Of a stretch of 64,000 nucleotides of DNA, positions 1-10,500 are shown piece by piece. A program made the translations under genes and the position numbers. How positions within the stretch are numbered: the stretch's first letter is position 1; the number at the start of each line of letters is the position of its first letter. This DNA comes from Clostridia bacterium. GTDB lineage: Bacteria; Bacillota; Clostridia; Christensenellales; CAG-917. Under the pieces are notes generated by a model, which was not told the DNA's origin, ran no database searches, and saw only the letters and a program-made list of their open reading frames with translations. The stretch is from positions 263,663-327,662 of the forward strand of contig JAFZVB010000014.1 in NCBI GenBank assembly GCA_017618055.1. The letters run 5' to 3'.

Positions 1-62
1 AATAGACTTTTGTAATATTGAGATATAAAATGCTATACACTTAATTATTAAGGCAGAAAACA

Positions 63-965
63 ATGGAAACAGAGAAAAAGAAATTTCACTTCAGAAAACC
101 AACAAAGGCAGAAGTTATTAAAGCATCTATGGAATATGCTTTTATTCTAGTATTGGGTGCATTAATGGCATTAACTTATGTCATATTCGTATTCCCAAAC
201 AACTTCGCCCCATCTGGAATTAGCGGTATTGCTACTATGATTCAAAAAGCAACAGGCTTCTCTGTTGGTTATTTCACTATTATAGTAAACGTACCTCTTG
301 CAGTAATATCATTCTTTGTTATTAGCAAGAGATTTGCTATCAGATCTTCAGTCTTTGTCATCACATTCTCTGTCTTAATGATTGTATTTGATAAGACCAA
401 TATCTATAGATACGTAGCACAAGATGCAGGAGAAACACTTCTTGCTGGTTTAGCTTCAGGCGCTATCGTAGGTTTTGTATATGGAATAGTTCTCAAAGCA
501 GACGCCTCAACCGGTGGTATGGACTTTGTTGCAGCATTAGTTGGAAAGACAAGACCAGACATCTCAATTACTTGGTTCATCTTTGGATTAAACGTTGCCG
601 TAGCTATCTCCTCATTCTTTGTATATCATGATATGTCTGCAATTCTTCTCTGTATTGCACACTCATTCGTAGTTATGGAATTATCAGATAGAATCGTTGT
701 TGGTTCCAGAAAAGCAATCAAATTTGAGATTGTTACCAACCATCCAGAAGAAATTTCAAGAGAGATTATTGAAAAACTCCATCACTCTGCAACATTAAGC
801 ACAGGCATTGGAATGTATTCTCACCTTGAAAAGCAAGTTTTAACATGTGTTGTTAACAAGAAACAAATTATAGATATGGAAAAGATTTTAAAGAAATATC
901 CAGAAACATTTGCATACATTGTTCCTGTAAATGACACAATTGGATTCTTTAGAAGACACAGTTAA
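63..965 (+). CDS. YitT-family integral membrane protein (membrane core plus C-terminal DUF2179-like domain)
   Basis: 300-aa ORF with several hydrophobic helices and a GGMDF motif. The soluble C-terminal ~80 aa (KFEIVTNHPEE...VPVNDTIGFF) is typical of YitT/DUF2179. Recognised from memory. Confidence 0.7.
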   Translation: METEKKKFHFRKPTKAEVIKASMEYAFILVLGALMALTYVIFVFPNNFAPSGISGIATMIQKATGFSVGYFTIIVNVPLAVISFFVISKRFAIRSSVFVITFSVLMIVFDKTNIYRYVAQDAGETLLAGLASGAIVGFVYGIVLKADASTGGMDFVAALVGKTRPDISITWFIFGLNVAVAISSFFVYHDMSAILLCIAHSFVVMELSDRIVVGSRKAIKFEIVTNHPEEISREIIEKLHHSATLSTGIGMYSHLEKQVLTCVVNKKQIIDMEKILKKYPETFAYIVPVNDTIGFFRRHS

Positions 966-1768
966 TTCTTTTTAAGAACTTCTATAATAAAATCATACTG
1001 GATGCTTAGAGTTGAAACACAATTTAGGTTGTCCAGTTTTTCTTTTGGTGTGGTATAAAAATATGGAGTCATTCTAACTAAATTAAATATATCATCATTG
1101 TCTAGATCCATATAACCTTGAACACTTAGTTTTTCTACGGATTTAAACTTATCTGAAGATACGGATTTGTCATTAAGAATTGTCTCATCTCCATATATAA
1201 TCTTCTTAAGCTCAATTAAATGTTTTTCTCCAGGATAAACACAAACAACTATTCCATCTTCTCTTAGAACTCTATCAAATTCATCAAATGCAAGTGGTGA
1301 AAATATGCTAATAATTGCATCAAAAGTATTATCTTTTAAAGGTGTTGCAAATACAGAAGATACTGCGAATGAGATATCTTTATCTTTCTTTGCTGCAACC
1401 TTCACAGCTTTCTTAGAAATATCTATGCCATAAACACAAGCGTTCTCTATGTTTTTCTTAATTATACTTGTGTAATATCCTGTACCACATCCAGCATCCA
1501 AAAGGATTGTCTTTTTATATTTAGAAATAACATCTGAAACGGATTTTACTAGGTTAGAATAATGATTTTGGTTCAAAAACATATCTCTAGATGCAACCAT
1601 GTCATCATTGTCTCCAGGATTCAAAGAATGCTTATCATTAGCTAGCATTAGGTTCACATATCCTTCTTTTGCAATATCATAACAATGATTATTTCTGCAA
1701 ATTAAAGAACCACCCTTTTGAAAAAGGTTTTCTTTGCATTTAGGACATATAAACAATTCAAATCTCAT
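962..1768 (-). CDS. rlmA: 23S rRNA (guanine-N1)-methyltransferase, RlmA family
   Basis: N-terminal Zn-ribbon (CPKC...CRNNHC) is followed by DIAKEGYVNLM and NPGDNDDMVASRDMFL. These closely parallel E. coli RlmA (FDMAKEGYVNLL, DPGDSAEMMQARRAFL). SAM motif LDAGCGTGYY is present. 4-nt overlap with the upstream gene. Confidence 0.75.
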   Translation of the reverse strand: MRFELFICPKCKENLFQKGGSLICRNNHCYDIAKEGYVNLMLANDKHSLNPGDNDDMVASRDMFLNQNHYSNLVKSVSDVISKYKKTILLDAGCGTGYYTSIIKKNIENACVYGIDISKKAVKVAAKKDKDISFAVSSVFATPLKDNTFDAIISIFSPLAFDEFDRVLREDGIVVCVYPGEKHLIELKKIIYGDETILNDKSVSSDKFKSVEKLSVQGYMDLDNDDIFNLVRMTPYFYTTPKEKLDNLNCVSTLSIQYDFIIEVLKKN

Positions 1769-2679
1769 AGAATAACAAACTCATTCAAAAGTGAATCGGC
1801 TGGAATAACATCTTGGTTAATACCATCAAACAATCCGTAGTCTCTCATCATATTTGCAATAATTGGATTATCTTTTAATTGCATTAGCTTTGGAATGATT
1901 AAATCTTTATATAAAAGTGGCTCGTACCCATGTGTTGTATCTATAACATAGTCTGCATCATCTATGTATGGCTTAATATATAGGTTTTCCCCTTCCAATA
2001 CGTGCTTCCACATCTTTAAAGAATGTTCAGGAGTGCTCCCTCTGGTCATACAATCTCTAAGCATTCTTCTTGTAAACCTTAATTCCCTTGGAGTTAGATA
2101 TACTCTACCCCTATATGAGAAGTTAGAATAAACACAAATGTAAAGCTTCAAGGAATATTTAAATATAGGATCTTGCGTAATTATTGGATTAAGCGCATGG
2201 ATACCTTCTAAAATAATGATATCGTTCTTATCCATATTAACAATCTTACCCCTTCTTATACTTTCACCAGTAATGAAATCATATCTTGGGAAGAATGCCT
2301 TTCCATCTTTCAAAAGTGCCCCTATGCATTGTTTTAACAAAGGAATATCTGTAGACTCTATATTCTCGTAATCACGTGTACCATCCTTAAGGAATTTAAC
2401 CTTTTCTCTGTCTATGAAAAAGTCGTCTGTAGATACAGTAATTGAGTTGATACCATGGTTTGCAAGTTTTTCAATTAGGATCTTACTTGTAGTAGTTTTT
2501 CCACTAGAAGATGGACCAGATAATAGAACAACTTTAATCTTGTCAAAATTGTCTGAAATAATCTTTGCAATACCATCTATTTGTGAATGGTAGTTCCTTT
2601 CACATGATTCCACAAAACCGTGCAAATCTTTTCTTGCTTCTTTGTTAAGATACTCTATATCAACAAGTTTCTTTTCCAT
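1765..2679 (-). CDS. Uridine-kinase/phosphoribulokinase-family P-loop nucleoside kinase
   Basis: Walker A motif LSGPSSSGKTTT. Udk-like downstream pattern (DDFF...DYENIES.D...PRYDFITGE...IIILEGIHALN). Confidence 0.6.
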   Translation of the reverse strand: MEKKLVDIEYLNKEARKDLHGFVESCERNYHSQIDGIAKIISDNFDKIKVVLLSGPSSSGKTTTSKILIEKLANHGINSITVSTDDFFIDREKVKFLKDGTRDYENIESTDIPLLKQCIGALLKDGKAFFPRYDFITGESIRRGKIVNMDKNDIIILEGIHALNPIITQDPIFKYSLKLYICVYSNFSYRGRVYLTPRELRFTRRMLRDCMTRGSTPEHSLKMWKHVLEGENLYIKPYIDDADYVIDTTHGYEPLLYKDLIIPKLMQLKDNPIIANMMRDYGLFDGINQDVIPADSLLNEFVIL

Positions 2680-2867
2680 ATACGTTCCCCTTGTTTTTGT
2701 CCGTATTCAATAATAGCACAATCCTAATTTTTAGTAAATATCAGCCATTTTTAGCTGAAATACCCAGCAACGATGTAATTTTTTGCATAATCTATGTAAT
2801 AATTATTTACAAAATAATAATTATAGAGTAAATTAAAATAGATAAATAATTTTTAGGAGAGAAAATT

Positions 2868-4289
2868 ATGAAAAAGAAACCAAGTAGCACAATAATTCTT
2901 TTAGTCGTATTGCTTCTTAGTATCGCATTACTTGTAGCATTCTATGCACTTATGATGACTAACTCCGTAGATCTCAACCTAGATAAGACCTCTACACTCG
3001 CAGGTATCATCATTATTGCCGTAGTATTTTTGTTGGTAATTGGCATCATAATTGCGCAGGTCAAATCTGAAAAGAAAGAACAAGCAAAAGAAAAAGAAGA
3101 ACCTAAGCAAGCTGAAGAACCTGTAAAAGCTGAACCAGAAAAGGAACAAGCAATCAAAGAAGCTCCACCAGTTGAGGAAGAACCAGCAAAAGAAGAACAA
3201 CCTGCTGAAGAAGCAAAGGAAGAACCTGTAGAAGAAGAAAAAGCAGAAGAGTACGCCCCTACTGAAGAAGAGGAAGAAGACGTTGAAGAACTCTTTGCTG
3301 AAGCAGAAGCTATTGAGGCTACAAACACTGTTATCAATAAGCAATTTGTTTATGAATACATTGAAAGCCAAGACTATGCAGAAAAAGTTGAACTCAACAA
3401 GAGACCAAACTACAACTCTGCTAACTGGCCAATTCCAGATGCACACTATGCACTTGGATTATCCAAACAATGTTTCATTATGGTTTATGAAACAAAGAAA
3501 CCTACCGTACTTATCATTTGGAACTCAGAAGAATATGCAAATGCTCTTAAGGAAGAACATCCAAATGTAACAGTAAGTAAAGTACCAAAGGCAAAGATTC
3601 CATATTATAAACTCATAATGGATGATACATACACAGAAGATCAAGTAAAGCAAATCATTGACGATTCATTCGCATATGCTTACAAGATTGCTGAAGTAAC
3701 TCCTCCAGATGAAGAACCAGAAGAAGCACCTGTTGAAGAAGCTCCAACAATCGTTATCCCAGAGAAATTCCAAGATGACTATATCGTTGAAAATGGTATA
3801 GCATACATGATTCAACGTAGCTTCATCGTTAAAGTAGCTGGATTAGATGACATCCAAAAAGGATTCTACTCTCAAGTTAAGAACAAGTTCTTATCCTACA
3901 AGAGAGTAAGAAGCAAGATTAGCTTCAGATGGGAAGCATTCTATCTCGGAAGACAATTACTTGCTAAGTTCCAAGTACGTGGTAAGAGTATTACAGCATT
4001 CTTTGCATTAGATGAAAAGGATCTTGAAGGAACCAAGTATCGTGTACAAAAGGTTGAAAATTCTAAAGCATATGAACAAGTACCATACAAGTTCAAGTTC
4101 TGTAGCCCAAGAAAGACCAAGTATGCATGCGAAATGGCAGATATCGTAATGTCCAAGAAAGATACAAAGTTGAATCCTAAGTTCAAGGAAACAAACTGGG
4201 CAAAGACATTACCTTCACTTAGAGATAAGAAGAAACTCTTAGACGAAGGACTCTGCAAGAAAGTTCCAACAAAGAAGTTTATGCAATAA
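2868..4289 (+). CDS. Membrane-anchored hypothetical protein with a ~100-aa Glu/Pro/Lys/Ala-rich spacer
   Basis: GGAGAG RBS lies 7 nt upstream of the ATG. Two N-terminal TM helices, then an EEPxKAE-type low-complexity region (about 3060-3300) and a second short PDEEPEEAPVEEAP stretch. The C-terminal domains are not recognised. Confidence 0.55.
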   Translation: MKKKPSSTIILLVVLLLSIALLVAFYALMMTNSVDLNLDKTSTLAGIIIIAVVFLLVIGIIIAQVKSEKKEQAKEKEEPKQAEEPVKAEPEKEQAIKEAPPVEEEPAKEEQPAEEAKEEPVEEEKAEEYAPTEEEEEDVEELFAEAEAIEATNTVINKQFVYEYIESQDYAEKVELNKRPNYNSANWPIPDAHYALGLSKQCFIMVYETKKPTVLIIWNSEEYANALKEEHPNVTVSKVPKAKIPYYKLIMDDTYTEDQVKQIIDDSFAYAYKIAEVTPPDEEPEEAPVEEAPTIVIPEKFQDDYIVENGIAYMIQRSFIVKVAGLDDIQKGFYSQVKNKFLSYKRVRSKISFRWEAFYLGRQLLAKFQVRGKSITAFFALDEKDLEGTKYRVQKVENSKAYEQVPYKFKFCSPRKTKYACEMADIVMSKKDTKLNPKFKETNWAKTLPSLRDKKKLLDEGLCKKVPTKKFMQ

Positions 4290-4308
4290 GTAATTATTAA
4301 AAATAATT

Positions 4309-4344
4309 AAGGAGTATTCTTAACTGAGTACTCCTTATTTTTAT
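4309..4344. terminator. Bidirectional rho-independent terminator between convergent genes
   Basis: Perfect 8-bp stem AAGGAGTA (4309-4316) / TACTCCTT (4329-4336). A-run upstream and ATTTTTAT downstream. Confidence 0.65.
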
Positions 4345-4362
4345 ATCTATTAAATATCTTCT

Positions 4363-5313
4363 CTATTTCTTAAATAAATCATAAAAAGGTTTAAACTTAC
4401 CAACCTCACCAATTGGGTCTCCACGTTTACCTCTTTCTAAGATAGCAAATACTACCTTTTTGAAGTTGCCTTTAAACTCATCTTCATTAAGGATGTCATT
4501 GAACAATTGGGCAACCTCTATTGGCAATAAATGGAATACGCCACAGCCAAACGCACCAAGCACTAATGAATCTATACCATTCTCTATTGCAATTCTATAT
4601 ATTGTTCTAATCTTGTTAGATTCAATCTCTCTTCCCTCGTCTGTCATATAACCATCATCTTTGAAGTATTGACGTTGGTTATTGGTATATGTATTGCTAT
4701 CTCTGTTAGATAATGAAGCAACAGTTATAATTGAACAAGAAAAGGTATTATCTCTTAGAGCATAGTCCTTCTTTTTGCCATTACGGAAGAATACAACACC
4801 TGGTGAATAAATACCACCGTAGTTGAGGTCTAAAGGATATGCGCATCCCTTATTTGCGATGTTGTAACTAGCAACGTGACTCTGCTTTGGATCTCCAAAT
4901 TGATATAAAGAAACGGATAATGTTGAAGTTTGACAAAGCGACTCTTCTTGTGCACTTGTCCCTCTATGATAACCACCACCTGGAGAATATGCCGATGCTA
5001 AATTCAAAATAGCAACATTAAGACCTTCTTTAACCATATTCTCTGCAACCTCTGCGCAGTCTGCATTTACACAATCTGTCTCTAATGTATAGTTGTTATG
5101 GCTATCTGTTTTAAAAGCCCCTGAATAGACTTTAGAGCCGTTTAATAAGGCATCCTTATCTCCCAAAGACTCATCCCATTCATTAAAGATGTCTCTATTT
5201 GCTTTAAAAACTAATGATCTTGCTTCTCCATCCGAATATCTGTATCTTTTATCTAAAACAGCTTTAATATCATTATCTTTCTCTCTTAATTCATTTCTAA
5301 TCATAATTTGCAC
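4363..5313 (-). CDS. TIGR02452/DUF2263-family macrodomain protein (microbial PARG-like)
   Basis: Motif NLASAYSPGGGYHRGTSAQEESLCQTSTL matches the signature I recall for TIGR02452 (GGG..G..AQEE.LCR.S.L). The C-terminal GAFGCGVF is also typical. Confidence 0.6.
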   Translation of the reverse strand: MQIMIRNELREKDNDIKAVLDKRYRYSDGEARSLVFKANRDIFNEWDESLGDKDALLNGSKVYSGAFKTDSHNNYTLETDCVNADCAEVAENMVKEGLNVAILNLASAYSPGGGYHRGTSAQEESLCQTSTLSVSLYQFGDPKQSHVASYNIANKGCAYPLDLNYGGIYSPGVVFFRNGKKKDYALRDNTFSCSIITVASLSNRDSNTYTNNQRQYFKDDGYMTDEGREIESNKIRTIYRIAIENGIDSLVLGAFGCGVFHLLPIEVAQLFNDILNEDEFKGNFKKVVFAILERGKRGDPIGEVGKFKPFYDLFKK

Positions 5314-5420
5314 CTCTAATATATTCTACAAATATATACGTATTATAATTCCATCAAATATCAATATTCAATTATAAAAAAGGCTATTTCGGAGCCATGT
5401 ACTATTTTAAGTACATAAAA

Positions 5421-5454
5421 ATAAAAAAGACACCTTGTAATATTACAAAATGTC
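5421..5454 (-). terminator. Rho-independent terminator downstream of tRNA-Glu
   Basis: Minus-strand RNA GACAUUUUGUAA-UA-UUACAAGGUGUC forms a 12-bp stem with two G.U pairs, so it is good only in the minus orientation. It is followed by UUUUUU. Confidence 0.7.
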
Positions 5455-5459
5455 TGTTG

Positions 5460-5534
5460 TGGTACCCGCATAGGGAATCGAACCCTAGATTCCACCGTGA
5501 GAGGGTAGCGTCTTAACCTCTTGACCATGCGGGC
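5460..5534 (-). tRNA. tRNA-Glu (anticodon CUC)
   Basis: The reverse complement reads GCCCGCATGGTCAAGAGGTTAAGACGCTACCCTCTCACGGTGGAATCTAGGGTTCGATTCCCTATGCGGGTACCA. Cloverleaf folded by hand: 7-bp acceptor stem (1-72 G.U), anticodon loop CTCTCAC, TTCGATT T-loop, encoded CCA. Confidence 0.9.
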
Positions 5535-5591
5535 AAATAAAGTATTGCTATATTACACAAAAATTTTTCTTTTTGCAACTATTTAATAAAG

Positions 5592-5805
5592 AAAACCCTA
5601 GAATAATCTAGGATAATCTTAATGGAAGTCCCGCCTATGCCGTGTGATGCAGTCTATAACCTGCATGACAACAGGGTGGATAAATGAAGTCGCAGATCGC
5701 TGTCTTCCACTACCAAGGAGGCATGACATTAAACATACGAACGTCCAATTCCTAAAATATAAGTGAGGTTCCAATTACATACACCATCACGTACATCGCA
5801 GGATT
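5592..5805 (-). ncRNA. Unclassified structured RNA candidate (about 210 nt); orientation tentative
   Basis: It lies in a 364-nt non-coding gap. The core 5624-5727 is 54/104 G+C (hand count) in an otherwise AT-rich region. There is an internal hairpin ATGCAG-N8-CTGCAT and an 8-bp long-range pairing AGUGGAAG/CUUCCAUU. On the minus strand it lies between a terminator (5832-5866) plus TATAAT-like box and a CCUAGA-UUAU-UCUAGG hairpin with U-tract (5591-5612). Confidence 0.3.
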
Positions 5806-5831
5806 AATTATATTTTACCACTCATATTTAT

Positions 5832-5866
5832 AAAAAACAATAGCCCCTACATTTCGTAAGAGCTAT
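5832..5866 (-). terminator. Rho-independent terminator of the 5899..7407 gene
   Basis: Minus-strand AUAGCUCU-N10-AGGGGCUAU stem followed by UGUUUUUUAU. Confidence 0.7.
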
Positions 5867-5898
5867 TTTATAGTTTTCAGCATTCTAATTGGATGTTT

Positions 5899-7407
5899 TT
5901 ATTGTTTAGACCAATAATCTCTTTCTTCGTTTCCTGTTAATTTACAGTCTAATTCATGGTATGTGAAGATTTCATGATACTCTTGTTCAGCACCCATCTC
6001 TCCAATACTTCCAATGGTATCGTTATATGCATTAGCAACATACCAGTCTTCAACCATATCCCATATCTTGAAATAACCATTATCCCAAAGTTCAAATGTG
6101 ATTTCAATCTTAGTGAAGTTTGCCAAGTTCGTGCCAGCGGCCTGTGAATCTCTCAATGCCCAGCATGTATCTGCGGATGTATAGTTGTTATCTGTTTCTG
6201 AGTTTACACTACAATCTAATTCAATCTTTACAGTATAGTAACCATCATTTGCGCCAGATTCACTCTCTTCTGTATATTTAACTTCTGCACTCTTTATGTT
6301 ATTATAAACACTCATAGATGCGTCTTTGCTGAAGAATATGTGTTGGTCTGTCTTTTCATATGAGATTTCTCTTCCCATACTATATCCAGGAACTATAGCA
6401 CCCTCTTCCCTGAAGTCTACACAATCTTTATATACTGGGATTAATGTGTTTCCAACATCTCCAAAGATATCTGCATAGTTCAATCCACCAACAGTAATGT
6501 TTGCAAGTGGTGCGAAGTCTTTAAGATATCTATATTCCATTTCAAATACACCATATTTCTTTCCAAGTAATGATGCATCTCCATTTAATACTGCAGCTGA
6601 AGTATATGGAATTGGATTCTCACTTCTAGTTTGTCTTTCCTTTAATTCTTTGTTATCAAATTTGTTATTCCAGTCATAAACGGCATCAAAATTTTTAGAT
6701 TTTACTTTTTCAAAGTTTACCAAAGGTTCTGTATCATACCCTGCCTTATAGTATCTTCTTTCAGCATTTACAACGCCACCAACTCCTGCAAATAACTGAA
6801 TTAATAGACCTGCGTCTTCATCATCTGACATTTCTCTTAAAGATTGATATTTAAGTCTATATGCCTCACCAGTTACGTTATTTCTAATATCTGTTAATTG
6901 GAATAATAATGGAAGAATTTGTCCCATAGTACTTGCATCTGAAGCACCCTCAGAATAATATCCACTTTGTGGAGATACCATCATTCCTATATTACCTATT
7001 TGGTATAAATTATATGCAAGTTCTTTGATGTCATCTTCTGCAGTTATTGTATTTGGATTTATCATAATCTTTCTTACAGCACTAGAATAATCAAATGATT
7101 GTGTCTCTGGATTATACACTGCACCTGGTTTTTGGTTTGCACCAATAAATCCATGTTCCATATTTGCAGGCCTAAATACTAATGGTGCAAATACTAATGA
7201 AAGAATTGCAAAGAAACAAATTAAAATACCAAGAGCAGATTTTCTCCATTCATATATATAATCTGAATTTGGAGCATACTCAGTTCCTGGTATAATAGTA
7301 TTATCTTTTTTGTCTACTAACTTAGCTGCTTTTTTCTTGTCTGAATCATATGAAGTCAAATATCTAGCTTCATTTATTTTCAAATCTTTTTTGTCTTCCA
7401 TACTCAT
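5899..7407 (-). CDS. Hypothetical protein with one N-terminal TM anchor and a large extracytoplasmic domain
   Basis: 502-aa ORF. A ~55-aa cytoplasmic N-terminus is followed by a TM helix (LGILICFFAILSLVFAPLVF). No recognisable catalytic motif. Divergent from the metallophosphoesterase gene. Confidence 0.5.
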   Translation of the reverse strand: MSMEDKKDLKINEARYLTSYDSDKKKAAKLVDKKDNTIIPGTEYAPNSDYIYEWRKSALGILICFFAILSLVFAPLVFRPANMEHGFIGANQKPGAVYNPETQSFDYSSAVRKIMINPNTITAEDDIKELAYNLYQIGNIGMMVSPQSGYYSEGASDASTMGQILPLLFQLTDIRNNVTGEAYRLKYQSLREMSDDEDAGLLIQLFAGVGGVVNAERRYYKAGYDTEPLVNFEKVKSKNFDAVYDWNNKFDNKELKERQTRSENPIPYTSAAVLNGDASLLGKKYGVFEMEYRYLKDFAPLANITVGGLNYADIFGDVGNTLIPVYKDCVDFREEGAIVPGYSMGREISYEKTDQHIFFSKDASMSVYNNIKSAEVKYTEESESGANDGYYTVKIELDCSVNSETDNNYTSADTCWALRDSQAAGTNLANFTKIEITFELWDNGYFKIWDMVEDWYVANAYNDTIGSIGEMGAEQEYHEIFTYHELDCKLTGNEERDYWSKQ

Positions 7408-7555
7408 AATTTATACCTCTAAACAATTTTACTCTTTTTTTTATTTTTTTACAAGATTTATGTTTTTTAAACATATTTTAAAAATTGTACATTGAATAAT
7501 TATTTTCAAAAAAATATAATTATTGTGTATTAATATAATAAAAGGGAGAATAATT

Positions 7556-10500
7556 ATGAAACTTAGTTTTAAAAGCGTAACTTTTATTTTGATTATTGCT
7601 TTGCTTTTAGCTTTTTGCGTTAGTTTCGGAATAATAATGTCTAATGGTGTTGCATTTGCAGACGATACTGAGACAAAACTATCTACAGTAACAATTGGAC
7701 ATTTTAGTGATCTTCACTATTTCCCATACCAACGTGGCTATACACCAGCAGACTATGGTACTGACACTGCAAAATACTATGACAGTGAGTTCTATTTCTC
7801 TATCACTGGTGATACAAAGCTTGTAGAAGAATCCGCGGCTGTTTTTGATGCAACTTGCGAAGAAATGTATCTAGCTGCTCTAGATGGTGAACTTCCACAA
7901 GTATTTGTTGCATCTGGAGACCTTTCTAAGAATGGTGAAAAAGATGCTTTAGCAGATCTCGCTAATAGACTTCGTTTAATACAAAACGATATTAGACAAA
8001 TACCTGGATATGAAAACTTCCAAATTGTTTGTGTACCTGGAAACCATGACTTATTCAATGGAAGTGGTGCATACTACACAAAGGACAATGGCAAATCATA
8101 TAAGAGTACTGCTCTTCAAGGTTCTGAATGGGCATTATTATTCAGTGGTCTTGGATATCCAGATAATACAATGGAACAATTAACAACAGTATTACCAGAA
8201 AACTATTGGTCTACAGACTATGGTGCCTCCACAGATACTGCTGCACAAAGAGCAATTACTGCTGGATTTACTAAGGCAGGAATATCTACATACTATAGAA
8301 ATTCTATAGCATATAAAACAACTCCATTCTATGGACAATATGTTCAATCTAATAATGCTAATGTTTATGACATTCATTATTACAATGCAGACCTTGAATA
8401 TATTAGTGAAAACAATACAACAATGACTGCAGAACAAAGAAGAGCAAGATATGCTAAATTAGAAGCAAATGAAGACGATTTAAAACTCAATGCTCTCTCT
8501 TTCTATTTGACAGACTCAACAAATTATAGTTATGTTCTATTTGGAATAGATGCTTCTTTCCGTACAGCTGCAAAGAAAAAGGCATATACACCTTATATTG
8601 CATCTGATCCTACACCAGTTTCTGGAAACACATATTACAAGTTTGAATATGGCAAAGGCTTTACAGAATTAACACTTGCACAAGCACAAGCAATAGTTGC
8701 AGATGGTGGCGAAGTTTATGTTGATTCTGGTCTCAACCATGAAACAGGTGGAAAGATTTCTTTAGACTGCATAGATTGGATGGAATCTGTAATGAATAGT
8801 TTACCAGCAGCTGCTGATACAGGTGATGAATTCACAGGAATGATTACAGTTCACCAAAACTTACTTGAACACTGGGATAAAGAAGGTGAAATTCTTAAAG
8901 ACTTCACTCTCTACTATTATGAATACCTTGTAAAGAGATTCCTTCATATGGGAATTCGTTATTCCTTTACTGGTCATATGCATGCTAATGACGTTGCATA
9001 TTACACAAATGCAGAAGGAGAAACATTCTATGACTTAGAAACAGGTTCTATGATTAGTTACTACGGACCAAAGCACTACATCTCAATTGAAAGATATAAG
9101 ACAAACGTATCTGGAAAAGATGGCTTTGCAGAAAAGTTCATTCTAAAGAATGATATCCTTGAAACATTTGCTTATGACTTAAACGGTAATGGTGTTATAG
9201 ATGATGATGAAAAAGAAATTAATTATAATGACTATTCCAACAAGATTATTTACTTACAATTAATAGATAGAGTTGTTGGCCACTTCATTTCAGACAAGAT
9301 GGTTGACGACTTATTAGGTTCAGTTAGAGACTTATTTGGACCAGATGGCCCTCTTGCAGGAAATTCAATTATTGGTTCATATGCAGAATTACTTGGTAAA
9401 GTTGCAATGTCTTTAATTAAACAAATAAGATATGATTTAGACTACACATTTGATGGCGTTAAATATGACAACTTAGTAGATTATTTATACGCTGTTGTAG
9501 ATAAAGTAGTTTCAGTTGAATTTGGTAGCGAATCTGTTGGCAAGATGTCACTCAAACAAATTGCTGGATTTATTGCACAAGCACATGCAGCTGGTCTAGA
9601 AATTACAACTGCAGTATATAATGGAACAGGAACAGACTATGCATTCTCTACATCTTCACCAGAATACGTAGTAAATAGTCCTACAGATCCAGTATATCGT
9701 GCAAGATTTATTTCAGCAGTTCAAGACTTTAGTTCTAAATGCTTAGATGGTTCATTTGTTGAATTCTTAGTAATGTCATTACTAAAACCTCTCTACATTG
9801 ATGATAATGGTTTACTTAAACAAGTACTTAACCATACATATAATCTTACAAAAGACGAAAATGGCAACGACCTTTCAGAAGCAGAAAAATCTCAACTTAA
9901 TGATTTACTTGCACTAGTACAAGATATCGTTATTGGAGATGATGAAGATATCCAAATTGAAATTAATGTTGAAAAGTTTGGACCAATTGGTATTATCAAT
10001 GGATTACTTCCAACAATATTATCATTACTTGATCAATATCTTGGATTTGCTCTTTCTGGAACAGACCTCTACTCTATCGTAGATACATTCTTAGATTCAT
10101 ATCTTGTAGAGAGTTTCTATGTAGGTATTGGTGGTATTGCAGATGCTATCTTAAAAGGATTTGCAACTGACGATATGCCAGACTACGGTGATCCAACAGA
10201 TTCTAGCGTTCCAAAGATGCTTGTTACAAATAACAATCGTAACGGAGGCAAATATACATATATTTCCACTATCCGTGATTTAGAACCATCATCTCAAGTA
10301 AACGGAATGCTTCCATCTATTATTAATGGACACTTTGAAGACGATAACACTTACACCATTACATACTATACAAACGAAGAAATCTTCACTTCCTTTGCTC
10401 TATATAGTGAAGATGGAACATTAATTGAAAAAGTTGAAGAAAATGAAAACTTCTTTAACCCTACATTTATGTCTCCAAATTCAGATCAATTATTAGCTAT

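Noticed and set aside
2942-3446. Two long minus-strand ORFs (131 and 155 aa) inside the 2868..4289 gene
   Set aside because: They are antisense readings of the GAA/GAAGAA-rich low-complexity region and give Ser-, Phe- or Cys-rich nonsense. They have no RBS, and the sense ORF has a strong RBS and coherent topology.
5592-5805. Identity of the G+C-rich RNA as SRP RNA, RNase P RNA, tmRNA, 6S RNA or a known riboswitch
   Set aside because: I found no helix-8 GGAAGCAGCC-type SRP motif, no GAGGAAAGTCC RNase P motif, no tRNA-like tmRNA ends and no T-box, TPP, FMN, SAM or cobalamin core sequences. The ~210-nt length is too short for RNase P. It is left unclassified rather than named.
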